From Octopus sinensis (Eukaryota), in NCBI RefSeq assembly GCF_006345805.1, contig NW_021827916.1:1-9493 (forward strand): a stretch of 9,493 nucleotides of DNA. The letters run 5' to 3'. The notes under the pieces were generated by a model. That model made no database searches. It had not been told where the DNA came from and was given only the letters and a program-made list of their open reading frames with translations. Below, one piece after another: positions 1 to 7,397 of the stretch (positions are counted from its first letter, which is position 1; every line of letters begins with the position of its first letter). The position numbers and the translations under genes are program-made.

Positions 1-22
1 TTTTTCTTCCTTTTCTCTTTTT

Positions 23-133
23 CTCCTCCTCCTCCTCCTCCTCCTCCTCCTCCATCTTCTTATCATTATTATTATTATTATTATTATTATGATTATTATT
101 ATTATTATTATTATTATTATCATCATCATTATT
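23..133. repeat. Compound microsatellite (CCT)n followed by (ATT)n
   Basis: (CCT)n at ~23-53, then (ATT)n at ~61-133; explains the poly-Ile start of ORF 89..337. Confidence 0.97.
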
Positions 134-209
134 AAAGAAGGCTCGCTGGTAGAATCGCAACACATTTTATGTGAAATTTCGACATTTCTAATCACTCATT
201 CAACTATAA

Positions 210-228
210 TGTGTGAGTGCGTGTGCGG

Positions 229-264
<36 letters not shown>

Positions 265-281
265 GTGTGTGTGTGTTTGTG
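210..281. repeat. (GT)n microsatellite
   Basis: Imperfect TG dinucleotide run abutting the left end of the mariner element. Confidence 0.97.
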
Positions 282-283
282 CA

Positions 284-1424
284 TTGGGTCATCCCATAAA
301 TAATGCGTTTTTTTCAATTGATGGGACGCGGACATGATAAAGTACCTACATCAACTTGCTATAAACGCAGGTAGTAATTTTACCCTAACCTTATTCTTAG
401 TGCAAGTTTTGAAGAGTGCAGTTCTATCTTAACATTTATTTTTTCGAAGCTGTAATGGAAGTGACAAAAGGGGCATATTCGGCATATTTTGCTTCATTGG
501 GTTCAATAAAGGCAATAACGCAATGGAAAGTGCGAGGAATACTAATGCAGTATATGTGGATCGGACAACAATCGTAAGCCAGAGTCAACGGTGGTTTCAG
601 AAACTCCGAGCCGGAAATGACAGCCTAGAAGACGAGCCACGTTCTAGAAGATATGTAGAGTTCGACGAGGACGTCCTGCAAACCCTGGTGGAATAAAATC
701 CCATCGTATCTGTTGAGGAATAAGCAGAGAATCTTGGATTTGGTCGTTCAACGATTCATCGACTCCTACAAATCATCGGAAAAGTCAGCAGATCGGGTCA
801 ATGGGTTCCTCACAAACTGTCCGAGCCTAATCGCGCGCAGTGAGTGAATGTGTGCTCTTCTTTCCTGTCATATCTCACGAATGAACCTTTTTTGGACCGA
901 ATAGTGGCTGATGACAAGAAATGGTGTTGTCACCTACTTTGTGGGATATGAAAGGTTTAATACACTTTGAGGTTTTAAATCTCCAGCCAAACGACAACAA
1001 GGGAGATCTACAGCATGAGTGGCTTAAGTCAGCGCTAGAAGAAAAACGACCATCTTTTGTTTCACGACAAAAGGTGTTCTTCCATCAGGATAATGCTCAG
1101 CCACATACAGCAAGGATGACGTTCCAAAGGCTCGAGCAGTTCGAATAGGAAACGATGCCCCATCCACCATTTTCTCTGGACATTACCCCATCTGATTATC
1201 ATTTATTCCGTTGTCTTCAAAATCATTTGGATGGAAAAAATATGAATTCAGTAGACGAGGTCTGAACAGTACTAAAGGAGTATTTTTCATCACGGACGGG
1301 TAAATTTTGGAAGAGGGGCATGAGAGCCTACCAGAGAGATGGAAGAGCATTGTAGATAATGAATTTTGTTTATCTTAACTTGAAAAATAAACAAATTATA
1401 AAAAAGCCGCATTTATTTATGACG

Positions 1425-1427
<3 letters not shown>
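284..1427 (+). mobile_element. Decayed mariner (Tc1/mariner superfamily, DD34D) DNA transposon
   Basis: Left end TTGGGTCATCCCATAAATAATGCGTTTTT (from 284); reverse complement of the right end is TTGCGTCAT----AAATAAATGCGGCTTTTT (ends at 1427). Flanked by CA (probably a mutated TA) and TA. Contains mariner transposase remnants. Confidence 0.93.
455..1363 (+). pseudogene. Mariner transposase pseudogene (stops, frameshifts, internal deletion)
   Basis: Manual translation across frames: MEVTK..HIRHILL..FNKGNNAMESARN..RWFQKLRAGNDSLEDEPRS (N-terminal HTH region); WVPHKL at 802-819; FLDRIVADDKKW (first catalytic D at 913); WDMKGLIHFEVL; FHQDNAQPH..PHPPFSLDITPSDYHLF with 34 residues between the 2nd and 3rd Asp; LPERWKSIVDN at the C-terminus. 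Several in-frame stops; roughly 30 codons missing after 924. Confidence 0.95.

Positions 1428-1457
<30 letters not shown>
1428..1457. repeat. (TA)n microsatellite at the mariner target site
   Basis: Pure TA run starting at the right TA target site. Confidence 0.95.
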
Positions 1458-1459
<2 letters not shown>

Positions 1460-1680
1460 GATAAATCTCAGAGCGAGTTATACAGTAGCGGTAACACATC
1501 GTGACGCAATATTGGCCATTTGAATATGGCTAACCCCTAAGGTGGATGCTACTGTAGTTTGTAGCCCCAGGAAGATATATCCTCCAGCTGGCTATAGACA
1601 CACTATCTGTGTCCTCTCAGTATTTGTGAAGGGAAGTCATCCTCCCCGTCTTCAGCTCATGATACACACGAACTCGATGT
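1458..1680. repeat. Probable interspersed repeat fragment (structured, TA-tract-adjacent; family unassigned)
   Basis: GC-richer than background, begins directly at the (TA)n tract, contains several short stems; no coding similarity recognised. Confidence 0.45.
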
Positions 1681-1856
1681 TTAGGAGCAGCGGACTCGCG
1701 GTCGTAGGATCGCGGTTTCGTGTTTGTTTATTGAGCGAAAGCAACTAAAAGCTCCATGAGGCTCCGGCAGGGGAGGGGGCAACCCCTGTTGTACTCTTTC
1801 ACCACAACTTTCTCTCAGTCTTTCTTCCTGTTTCTTGAATAACGCTGCGATGGCTA
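1680..1856 (+). mobile_element. Truncated tRNA-derived SINE, same family as 8512-8814
   Basis: Shares CAGCGGACTCGCGGTCG..GGATCGCGG, TGAGCGAAA, GGCTCCGGCAG and ACTCTTTC.CCACAACTTTCTCTCA.TCTTTC with 8540-8720; lacks the A box, has a deletion through the B box, and is 3'-truncated. Confidence 0.9.
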
Positions 1857-1881
1857 GGCTTAAAAAGGGTGACGTTTATCG

Positions 1882-1912
1882 TATATATATATATATATAT
1901 AATATATATATA
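1882..1912. repeat. (TA)n microsatellite
   Basis: Direct inspection. Confidence 0.95.
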
Positions 1913-2183
1913 ATAAACACTGATAATTCTTTACAAAAGACAACTTCAAACAGAGACCTTTCATGACACCAAAACTTTTATTTTATACACTTATATTTAA
2001 AAGAACACACTATTCTATTAAAGGTGCTCGGGAAAATATGAATGTTTTACTGCTAATTAGTTGTTGCTTGAACTTTCAGTAATTACCATTATAATTAGTG
2101 ACTAAAGCTGTCCAAACTATTCAACTCAATTCCTAATTTTTCAATAGGACGAATGCAGAATTTTCACAGATTTTCTGTGAGAT

Positions 2184-2289
2184 ACTCTCTATACTTGTTT
2201 CAGTCATTTGACTGTGGCCATGGTGGAGCACCGCCTTTTGTCGAGCAAATCGACCCCAGAATTTATTCTTTGTAAGCCTAGTACTTATT
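2184..2289 (-). mobile_element. 3' terminal fragment of the SINE family at 5406-5800
   Basis: Reverse complement reads AATAAGTACTAGGCTTACAAAGAATAAATTCTGGGGTCGATTTGCTCGACAAAAGGCGGTGCTCCACCATGGCCACAGTCAAATGACTGAAACAAGTA, matching ~5678-5777. Confidence 0.92.
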
Positions 2290-2340
2290 GGCGAATAGAT
2301 AATACCAATATATTTTCCAACTTCCATTTTTATAAATATA

Positions 2341-2901
2341 TTGAGTTGTCCGGAAAGTTCGTGCCGATTTATAGTAGCTCACTTTTCGACTTATTTTAGA
2401 ACATGGTTGAGTCCATAAAATAGGATTTCACTACACCTCCATCTAGAGCACAGTTTAAGCTATCTTTTCGTGGAAGAAGGTTTATGTTTCTATAACCTGT
2501 GTTAATTTTGTAACCCTCTTAAATGGAAGATAGGAAAGTTCATTTTCGGCACTTGATGCTTTGGGAACCAGGCAAAAATTGCTTCAGCTCGACTGAGATG
2601 TGTTCCCCAACCCTCAATATTCACCAGATATTGCTCTCTTGGATTTCCACTTATTCAGGTCTCTGCAGAATAGTCTTAATGGTAAAAATTTCAATTCCTT
2701 GGATGACGTAAAAGATACCTTGATGAATTCTTGCCATGAAACCAATTCATTCTGGGAAGAGGGTATTTCAAGTTAAAGGAAGACGCCGAGACGCATTGTG
2801 CAACAGAATGGTTCACATTGGCTGATTAAATTGTAATGGCAAGTATTTATTGACCTTTCTCTTTCCTTTAAAAATCAGCACGAACTTTACGGACAACCCA
2901 A
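2341..2901 (+). mobile_element. Internally deleted non-autonomous mariner (561 bp), different family from 284-1427
   Basis: 30-bp TIRs at 2341-2370 (TTGAGTTGTCCGGAAAGTTCGTGCCGATTT) and 2872-2901 match at 27/30 positions; TA on both sides (2339-2340, 2902-2903). Encodes MEDRKVHFRHLMLWE (2523-2567) fused out of frame to TRQKLLQLD*DVFPNPQYSPDIALLDFHLFRSLQNSLNGKNF...RIVQQNG. Confidence 0.96.
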
Positions 2902-3397
2902 TATATATAAATACACACAGATATATAGCTGAAGAAGATGTGAAGAGGATAGAGAGACAAAACTAGCAAACTTAGACGAGTAACATATGAATGTTCAGAA
3001 TTCCATAACTTTGATAACACTGATGAATAGCGAATAACTATAATGCGAAATATTTTCAGCTTACCGAACCCAATATAGTTTCTTACACAGACGAGACTTC
3101 TAACAAAACACTATCCACCATAAAAGCAGATACAAGATACCTTAATAAAAGCAGGGATAATCATTATGGTGAAATTATATACAACACAAAACATTTAAAC
3201 TGTAAGCTTCCAATATAGCAATTAGCAAAAGAATGAATAGAAAGCAGAAGATACATATATAATTATCACATTCCATATATTTTTGATGACTAAAAGAGTT
3301 TCATATTATCCCAATTCATTTTTAATTTTATATCCTCACCTTGTATTGTTATCAAATTCTATGAAGTAAAGCCTTGTATTTTATTTTTTATATTTCT

Positions 3398-3489
<92 letters not shown>
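3398..3489. repeat. Long (TA)n microsatellite
   Basis: About 90 bp of TA with rare interruptions. Confidence 0.97.
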
Positions 3490-3660
3490 TCTATCTTGGC
3501 GTCTTTTTTTTCTTTTTTCTTTCTAGCAATTAGCAAGAAGAATCAAGAACTTGTATTAGACTTCATGTTTAAAAATATGTCTTCTGTTGCGGAAAAGGGC
3601 CGTTCGCCATTCATAACCCATCATTTCCTATATTGGACGTCTCTCTTTGTTCACTTAGTT

Positions 3661-3795
3661 TATTAATGATTATTTATTATTATTATTATTATTATTATAT
3701 TATTATCATTATTATTATCATTATTATATTATTATTATATTATTAATATTATTATTATTATTATTATTATATTATTTATTATTATTATATATTAA
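3661..3795. repeat. Imperfect (ATT)n microsatellite
   Basis: Direct inspection. Confidence 0.96.
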
Positions 3796-3796
3796 T

Positions 3797-3995
3797 TGAA
3801 TTAGAACAGTTCATGCCATCAAAGTGACACTGGGGTAAAATATACGAAGCCAATACACCCATCATGACTACCCGTCTGATAAGGGTACACCAGGCACATG
3901 CATCACAACCATATGTGCGCGACATGGTGATCTCATATCAAGATAAACAGCACATGACCTTTCAGGTGAGGCCCAGTTAGAATTTTCTTCAGGTT

Positions 3996-3996
<1 letters not shown>
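3797..3996 (-). mobile_element. Probable 3' end of a non-LTR retroelement inserted in a (TAA)n tract
   Basis: 200-bp complex sequence bracketed on both sides by (ATT)n; stems TACCC/GGGTA (3869-3887) and GCACAT/ATGTGC (3894-3918). Resembles an abundant octopus repeat from memory. Strand and class are inferred. Confidence 0.55.

Positions 3997-4058
<62 letters not shown>
3997..4058. repeat. Perfect (ATT)n microsatellite
   Basis: About 20 perfect units; source of the poly-Ile stretch in ORF 3868..4167. Confidence 0.98.
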
Positions 4059-4059
<1 letters not shown>

Positions 4060-4125
4060 GAGTGAGTGGACAAACGTAAGAAGGGCACTCAACAAATTTA
4101 TTGGGAGATACACGCATGCATCAAG

Positions 4126-4208
4126 ACAGTTTGACTCAAATTCAAGATGGCTGACGACTAGCATCACGCTTGAAACTCAAGAGTACCAACGAATTTGAAT
4201 CAAACTGT
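4126..4208 (+). ncRNA. Type I hammerhead ribozyme-like motif with extended stem I
   Basis: Core CTGACGA 4151-4157; stem II AGC/GCT (4160-4162/4168-4170, loop ATCAC); GAAA 4172-4175; stem III ACTC-aa-GAGT (4175-4184); GUA cleavage triplet 4183-4185; stem I GATGG/CCAAC (4146-4150/4186-4190) continuing into an 18-bp arm pair 4126-4143/4191-4208 (17/18 complementary). Confidence 0.75.
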
Positions 4209-4215
4209 TTTGGTA

Positions 4216-4272
4216 TACACACACATACACACACACATACACGCACGCACAAACACACACACGAACACACAA
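4216..4272. repeat. (CA)n microsatellite
   Basis: Direct inspection. Confidence 0.95.
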
Positions 4273-4417
4273 ATATATGTACTTAAAGAAACTGGATCAT
4301 TATAATAAGCAAAGAAGAATCTTTGCCTACATCCGCTGTTAACAAGAAAAGAATAGGAACTGAAAAATTATCAAATGAGAAAGAAAAGAAGAAGAGATAA
4401 AATACAAAATTATCTTC

Positions 4418-4488
4418 AACATCATAATCAGCAACGACAACAATAACTGCAACAATAATAATTATAATCATAGCAACAATAATAATAA
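4418..4488. repeat. Degenerate (AAC/AAT)n low-complexity tract
   Basis: Mixed CAA/TAA triplets in an A-rich region. Confidence 0.75.
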
Positions 4489-5079
4489 GACACCCCAACA
4501 TAAACAGAATCGAAAATAAATAAAAATGATATAAATAAACTAAAGAAAATCAAAAGGACAATATAAAAGAAAGGGTAATTGGGATGTTTACAGGTGCTGG
4601 ATCTAATAAACTCATAGAGAAACCCCTGAAGGTTGTTTTGCTAAGGTTATACTGTAGTGTGTTGAAGCAACCGTGAAAAACACAATGAGCGCATGAAGGC
4701 AAGAAAAATTGCATGTCACACTTATATGGTAGATGAAATTACTAGACCGAGGTTAAATATAGGGGAGGAGAATAAATGTCCTGGTTTCACCGACCCCGAG
4801 CTTGGCTGCACCCGTTGTAGCTTTAATAGAGTCTGTAAGGGAATAATAATAAACTGGACAGTGGAGAGAATGCAACAGGCCCAGTTTTCAAAACTGCACT
4901 AATTGCCATTTACGACGGCATGTCGGAGTATATACGTGGCATGGTTTAGAGCGTGTTGGGAGCATCTCGTATATCTAGGCCAACAGTCCTGAGGACCTGT
5001 CCTTGTCATTTTAGCTGATGAGCTTCATGCCACGTGTTTGCTCCATTAGAGGTTGTCCTGGGGCTAGTCAACAATAAGT

Positions 5080-5255
5080 GGAGGTGCGTGGCTTAGTGGT
5101 TTGGGCGTCGGACATATAATCGTAAGATTGCTATTTCGATTCCAGGACGGGGCGATGCGTTGTGTTTTCGAGCAAACCACTTTCTTTCACACTGCTCCAA
5201 CGTGGCAGAATTGAGCATTTCTCTGACGGACCGGCGTCCCATACAGGTAGGAACG
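5080..5255 (+). mobile_element. Diverged tRNA-derived SINE related to 8512-8814
   Basis: A box TGGCTTAGTGG 5089-5099; degenerate B box ATTTCGATTCC ~5133-5143; GGGCGATG.GT.TGT.TT..GAGC after the tRNA head; 3' motif GACGGACCGGCGTCCCATACAGGTAGGAAC matches GACGGACAGGCGTCCCGTCCAGGTGGGGAAC at ~8718-8749. Confidence 0.85.
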
Positions 5256-5405
5256 GGTGTAAAGTAATCCCTCGTCATATCGCAGTTCATCTATCCCGGT
5301 TTATCATTCAAACTTACGTCGATTCCTCCGTGGTGTTGTTTTGCATTTATAATAAAATAAAGGTATACAAATTATATATATAAAAAAAAGATATACAGAT
5401 ATATA

Positions 5406-5800
5406 GGCGCAGGAGTGGATGTGTGGTGAGTAGCTTGTTTACCAACCACATGGTTTCCGGTTCAGTCCCACTGCATGGCATCTTGGGCAAGTGTTTTCTA
5501 TTATAGCCTCGGGTCGACCAAAGCCTTGTGAGTGGATTTGGTAGACGGAAACTGAAAAGAAGCCCGTCGTATATATATGTATATATAACTACATGCGTGT
5601 GTGTGTTTGTTCCCCTAGCATTGCTTGACAACCGATGCTGGCGTGTTACTTAGCGGTTCGGCAAAAGAGACCGATAGAATAAGTACTGGACTTACAAAAA
5701 GAATAAGTCCCTGGGTCAAGTTGCTCGATTAAAGGCGGTGCTCCAGCATGGCCGCAGTCAAATGACTGAAACCAGTAAAAGAGTAAAAAAGTAAAGAGAG
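5406..5800 (+). mobile_element. Full-length tRNA-derived SINE with internal (TA)/(GT) microsatellite and (GTAAAAGA)-type tail
   Basis: A box TGGATGTGTGG 5416-5426; B box GGTTCAGTCCC 5459-5469; body CTTGGGCAAGTG...GCCTTGTGAGTGGATTTGGTAGACGGAAACTG; internal microsatellite ~5570-5606; tail GTAAAAGAGTAAAAAAGTAAAGAGAG. Homologous pieces at 2184-2289, 5801-5897/6428-6474 and 6706-6853. Confidence 0.92.
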
Positions 5801-6474
5801 TTGTCCCCACCAACATCGCTTGACAACTGATGATGGTGTGGTTACGTCCCCGTTCGGTAAAAGAGACCGATAGAATTAGTACTAGGCTTATAAAAAACTA
5901 GCAGTATCGCCCGGCGTTGCTCGGGTTTGTAAGGGAAATAACTATATAAGCAATTTTAGAGAGTTATAGCAAAAAAATGCATTAAAAATGGAATAAAAAT
6001 GATGATAATTTTTTTTTAAATCGTTGACTCAGTGTCTTCAAGCCATGAAGTCGTTGTTCTAAAAGAACGCTGGTCTCCTCTTGACAACGCTTTAGACGTG
6101 ATTTCCTTATTACTCCCTTCCCCACAGCTTCACGAGGGAGGGAAGAAGGGGGAGAAGCAAACAGGTGCAGTGTTGAGCGTGGACGCCAAACCCGCCGCCA
6201 TCGACACACAAAAATTATGCATTAAAATGGAATAAAAAATGATGTTAAATTATTTTTAAAATCGTAGAGTCATCGTAGACGCGCGCTAATACTCAGACAG
6301 GCTTGATATGAATCACGACTATAAGATACCCGAATTTGATTAAACTGCACCGCAAAATGTGGGAGTAGTTAGGAATCTAAATCGTAGGAGACAGACACTC
6401 ACACAACTACAGTTTTATATATATAGATAAGGCTTGGGATAAATTTGCTCGACTAAATAAGTAAAAGAGTAAAG
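5801..6474 (+). mobile_element. Second, tandem copy of the SINE 3' half (5801-5897 + 6428-6474), split by a Helitron
   Basis: 5801-5897 repeats ~5607-5700 (GCTTGACAAC.GATG.TGG, GTTCGG.AAAAGAGACCGATAGAAT.AGTACT); homology resumes at 6428 with TAAG..TTGCTCGA.TAAA and the GTAAAAGAGTAAAG tail. Confidence 0.88.
5898..6427 (-). mobile_element. Non-autonomous Helitron (rolling-circle element), 530 bp
   Basis: The minus strand starts TC (TCTATATATATAAAACTG from 6427) and ends CTAG (5901-5898); GC-rich hairpin CCCGGCGTTGCTCGGG at 5910-5925, 8 nt from the CTAG; inserted between A and T with no TSD; removing it restores the SINE sequence AAAAAA|TAAG. Confidence 0.9.
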
Positions 6475-6597
6475 TACTGTCTCTACTTCAAGGATTCTCA
6501 CCCGGGTAGGATTTGGAACGTAACACCCGCGATAGTCGAGGGATTGCTGTATATATGCCATACAGACAGTCCTTAAAAATTTATATGACTAATTCTT

Positions 6598-6661
6598 AGC
6601 AACAACAGCGACAACAACAACAGCAGCACCAACAACTAAAACAACAGCAGCAACAACAACA
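6598..6661. repeat. (CAA/CAG)n microsatellite
   Basis: Direct inspection. Confidence 0.92.
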
Positions 6662-6705
6662 AAAGGATTTGTATTCGTTCAGACCAGACAATTATTTCTC
6701 TAAGA

Positions 6706-6853
6706 CATGGCTGTGAGGTTCAGAAGCTCGCTTTGTATCTACACTGTTTCGGGTTCGGTCCCTCTTCGTGGCACTTTAGGCATGTGTCTTCTACTATAAC
6801 AGCGGACCGACCAATTCTTTGTGAATGAATTTGGTAGATAGAAAAGCTGAAAA
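6706..6853 (+). mobile_element. Diverged 5' half of the 5406-type SINE
   Basis: A box TGGCTGTGAGG 6708-6718; B box GGTTCGGTCCC ~6752-6762; GTGTCTTCTACTATA..GACCAA..CTTTGTGAATGAATTTGGTAGA..GAAA.CTGAAAA aligns to ~5490-5560. Confidence 0.85.
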
Positions 6854-6904
6854 CACTTGAGGGTTTGTTAGAAAAGTGGAGACCGCAAGTGATCGATTGA
6901 AGTT

Positions 6905-7165
6905 CAATTGGTGAATGTTTATAATGGTTGTGTATTACGGCGGTATTCTCACAGAACGGATGTAGGTAAAGCCCAAATTCTTTATACTAGTCAGTAGATA
7001 AAGCTGTTCATCGCATTTAAAATCCAAAGGTGAGTGCGAAGGAAGCGTGTAAGTCTTCACAGCTGTTTCAGGAATAGATGCGATTAGATGGAACTGTTAC
7101 ATTTCTCTGCATGCAGTCGGTAGCCGATATATTAGTTGCAATGTATTCCATAATCGGAGGAAGTG
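6905..7165 (-). pseudogene. Possible highly decayed C-terminal remnant of a CR1/L2/Jockey-type LINE ORF2
   Basis: Minus-strand words PIMEY (7157-7143), DCMQRN, HPFC (6962-6951) and NHYKHS (6929-6912) occur in the order expected for the post-RT region of such LINEs; many stops and frameshifts. Confidence 0.3.
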
Positions 7166-7350
7166 GGAGATAGGGCAAATTTCATAAAAAAGAGATAATA
7201 ATAAAACACACACACACACATTCTAATGCGCATCTACGATCTATGTGTGTGTTTTTATGCACCAAGCGCCTAAATAAGGATCTAGTCTAGGCTAATGAAG
7301 CAGTATAATGATTACCATTTTGCATCAATACTGCTTCCGTCGCTGATTAG

Positions 7351-7397
7351 TATATATATATATATATATATATATACGCACATATATATATATATAC
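7351..7397. repeat. (TA)n microsatellite
   Basis: Direct inspection. Confidence 0.95.

Noticed and set aside
89-337. 82-aa ORF with poly-I and CV repeats
   Set aside because: Translation of (ATT)n and (GT)n microsatellites.
1420-1512. 11-bp direct repeat TGACGCAATAT at 1420-1430 and 1502-1512 as a possible TSD
   Set aside because: The first copy is part of the mariner TIR plus TA; a match of this length is expected by chance in a window of this size.
2164-2180. TCACAGA/TCTGTGA inverted repeat
   Set aside because: 7-bp stem with a 3-nt loop; expected by chance.
3020-3059. CTGATGA...GAAA hammerhead-like word pair
   Set aside because: Five extra nucleotides between the ATAG/CTAT stem and GAAA, and no stem I pairing.
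3868-4501. Minus-strand hydrophobic ORFs 3868..4167 and 4283..4501
   Set aside because: Arise from (ATT)n and A-rich low-complexity sequence; no recognisable domain.
5056-5066. TCCTGGGGCTA matching the reverse complement of 1562-1572
   Set aside because: Isolated 11-mer without convincing flanking alignment.
5093-6235. ORFs at 5093, 5162, 5347, 5982 and 6032
   Set aside because: They lie within SINE or Helitron sequence; incidental open frames.
7020-7036. Consensus splice donor AAG|GTGAGT
   Set aside because: No convincing upstream acceptor with a substantial open frame; an isolated motif is not evidence of an exon.
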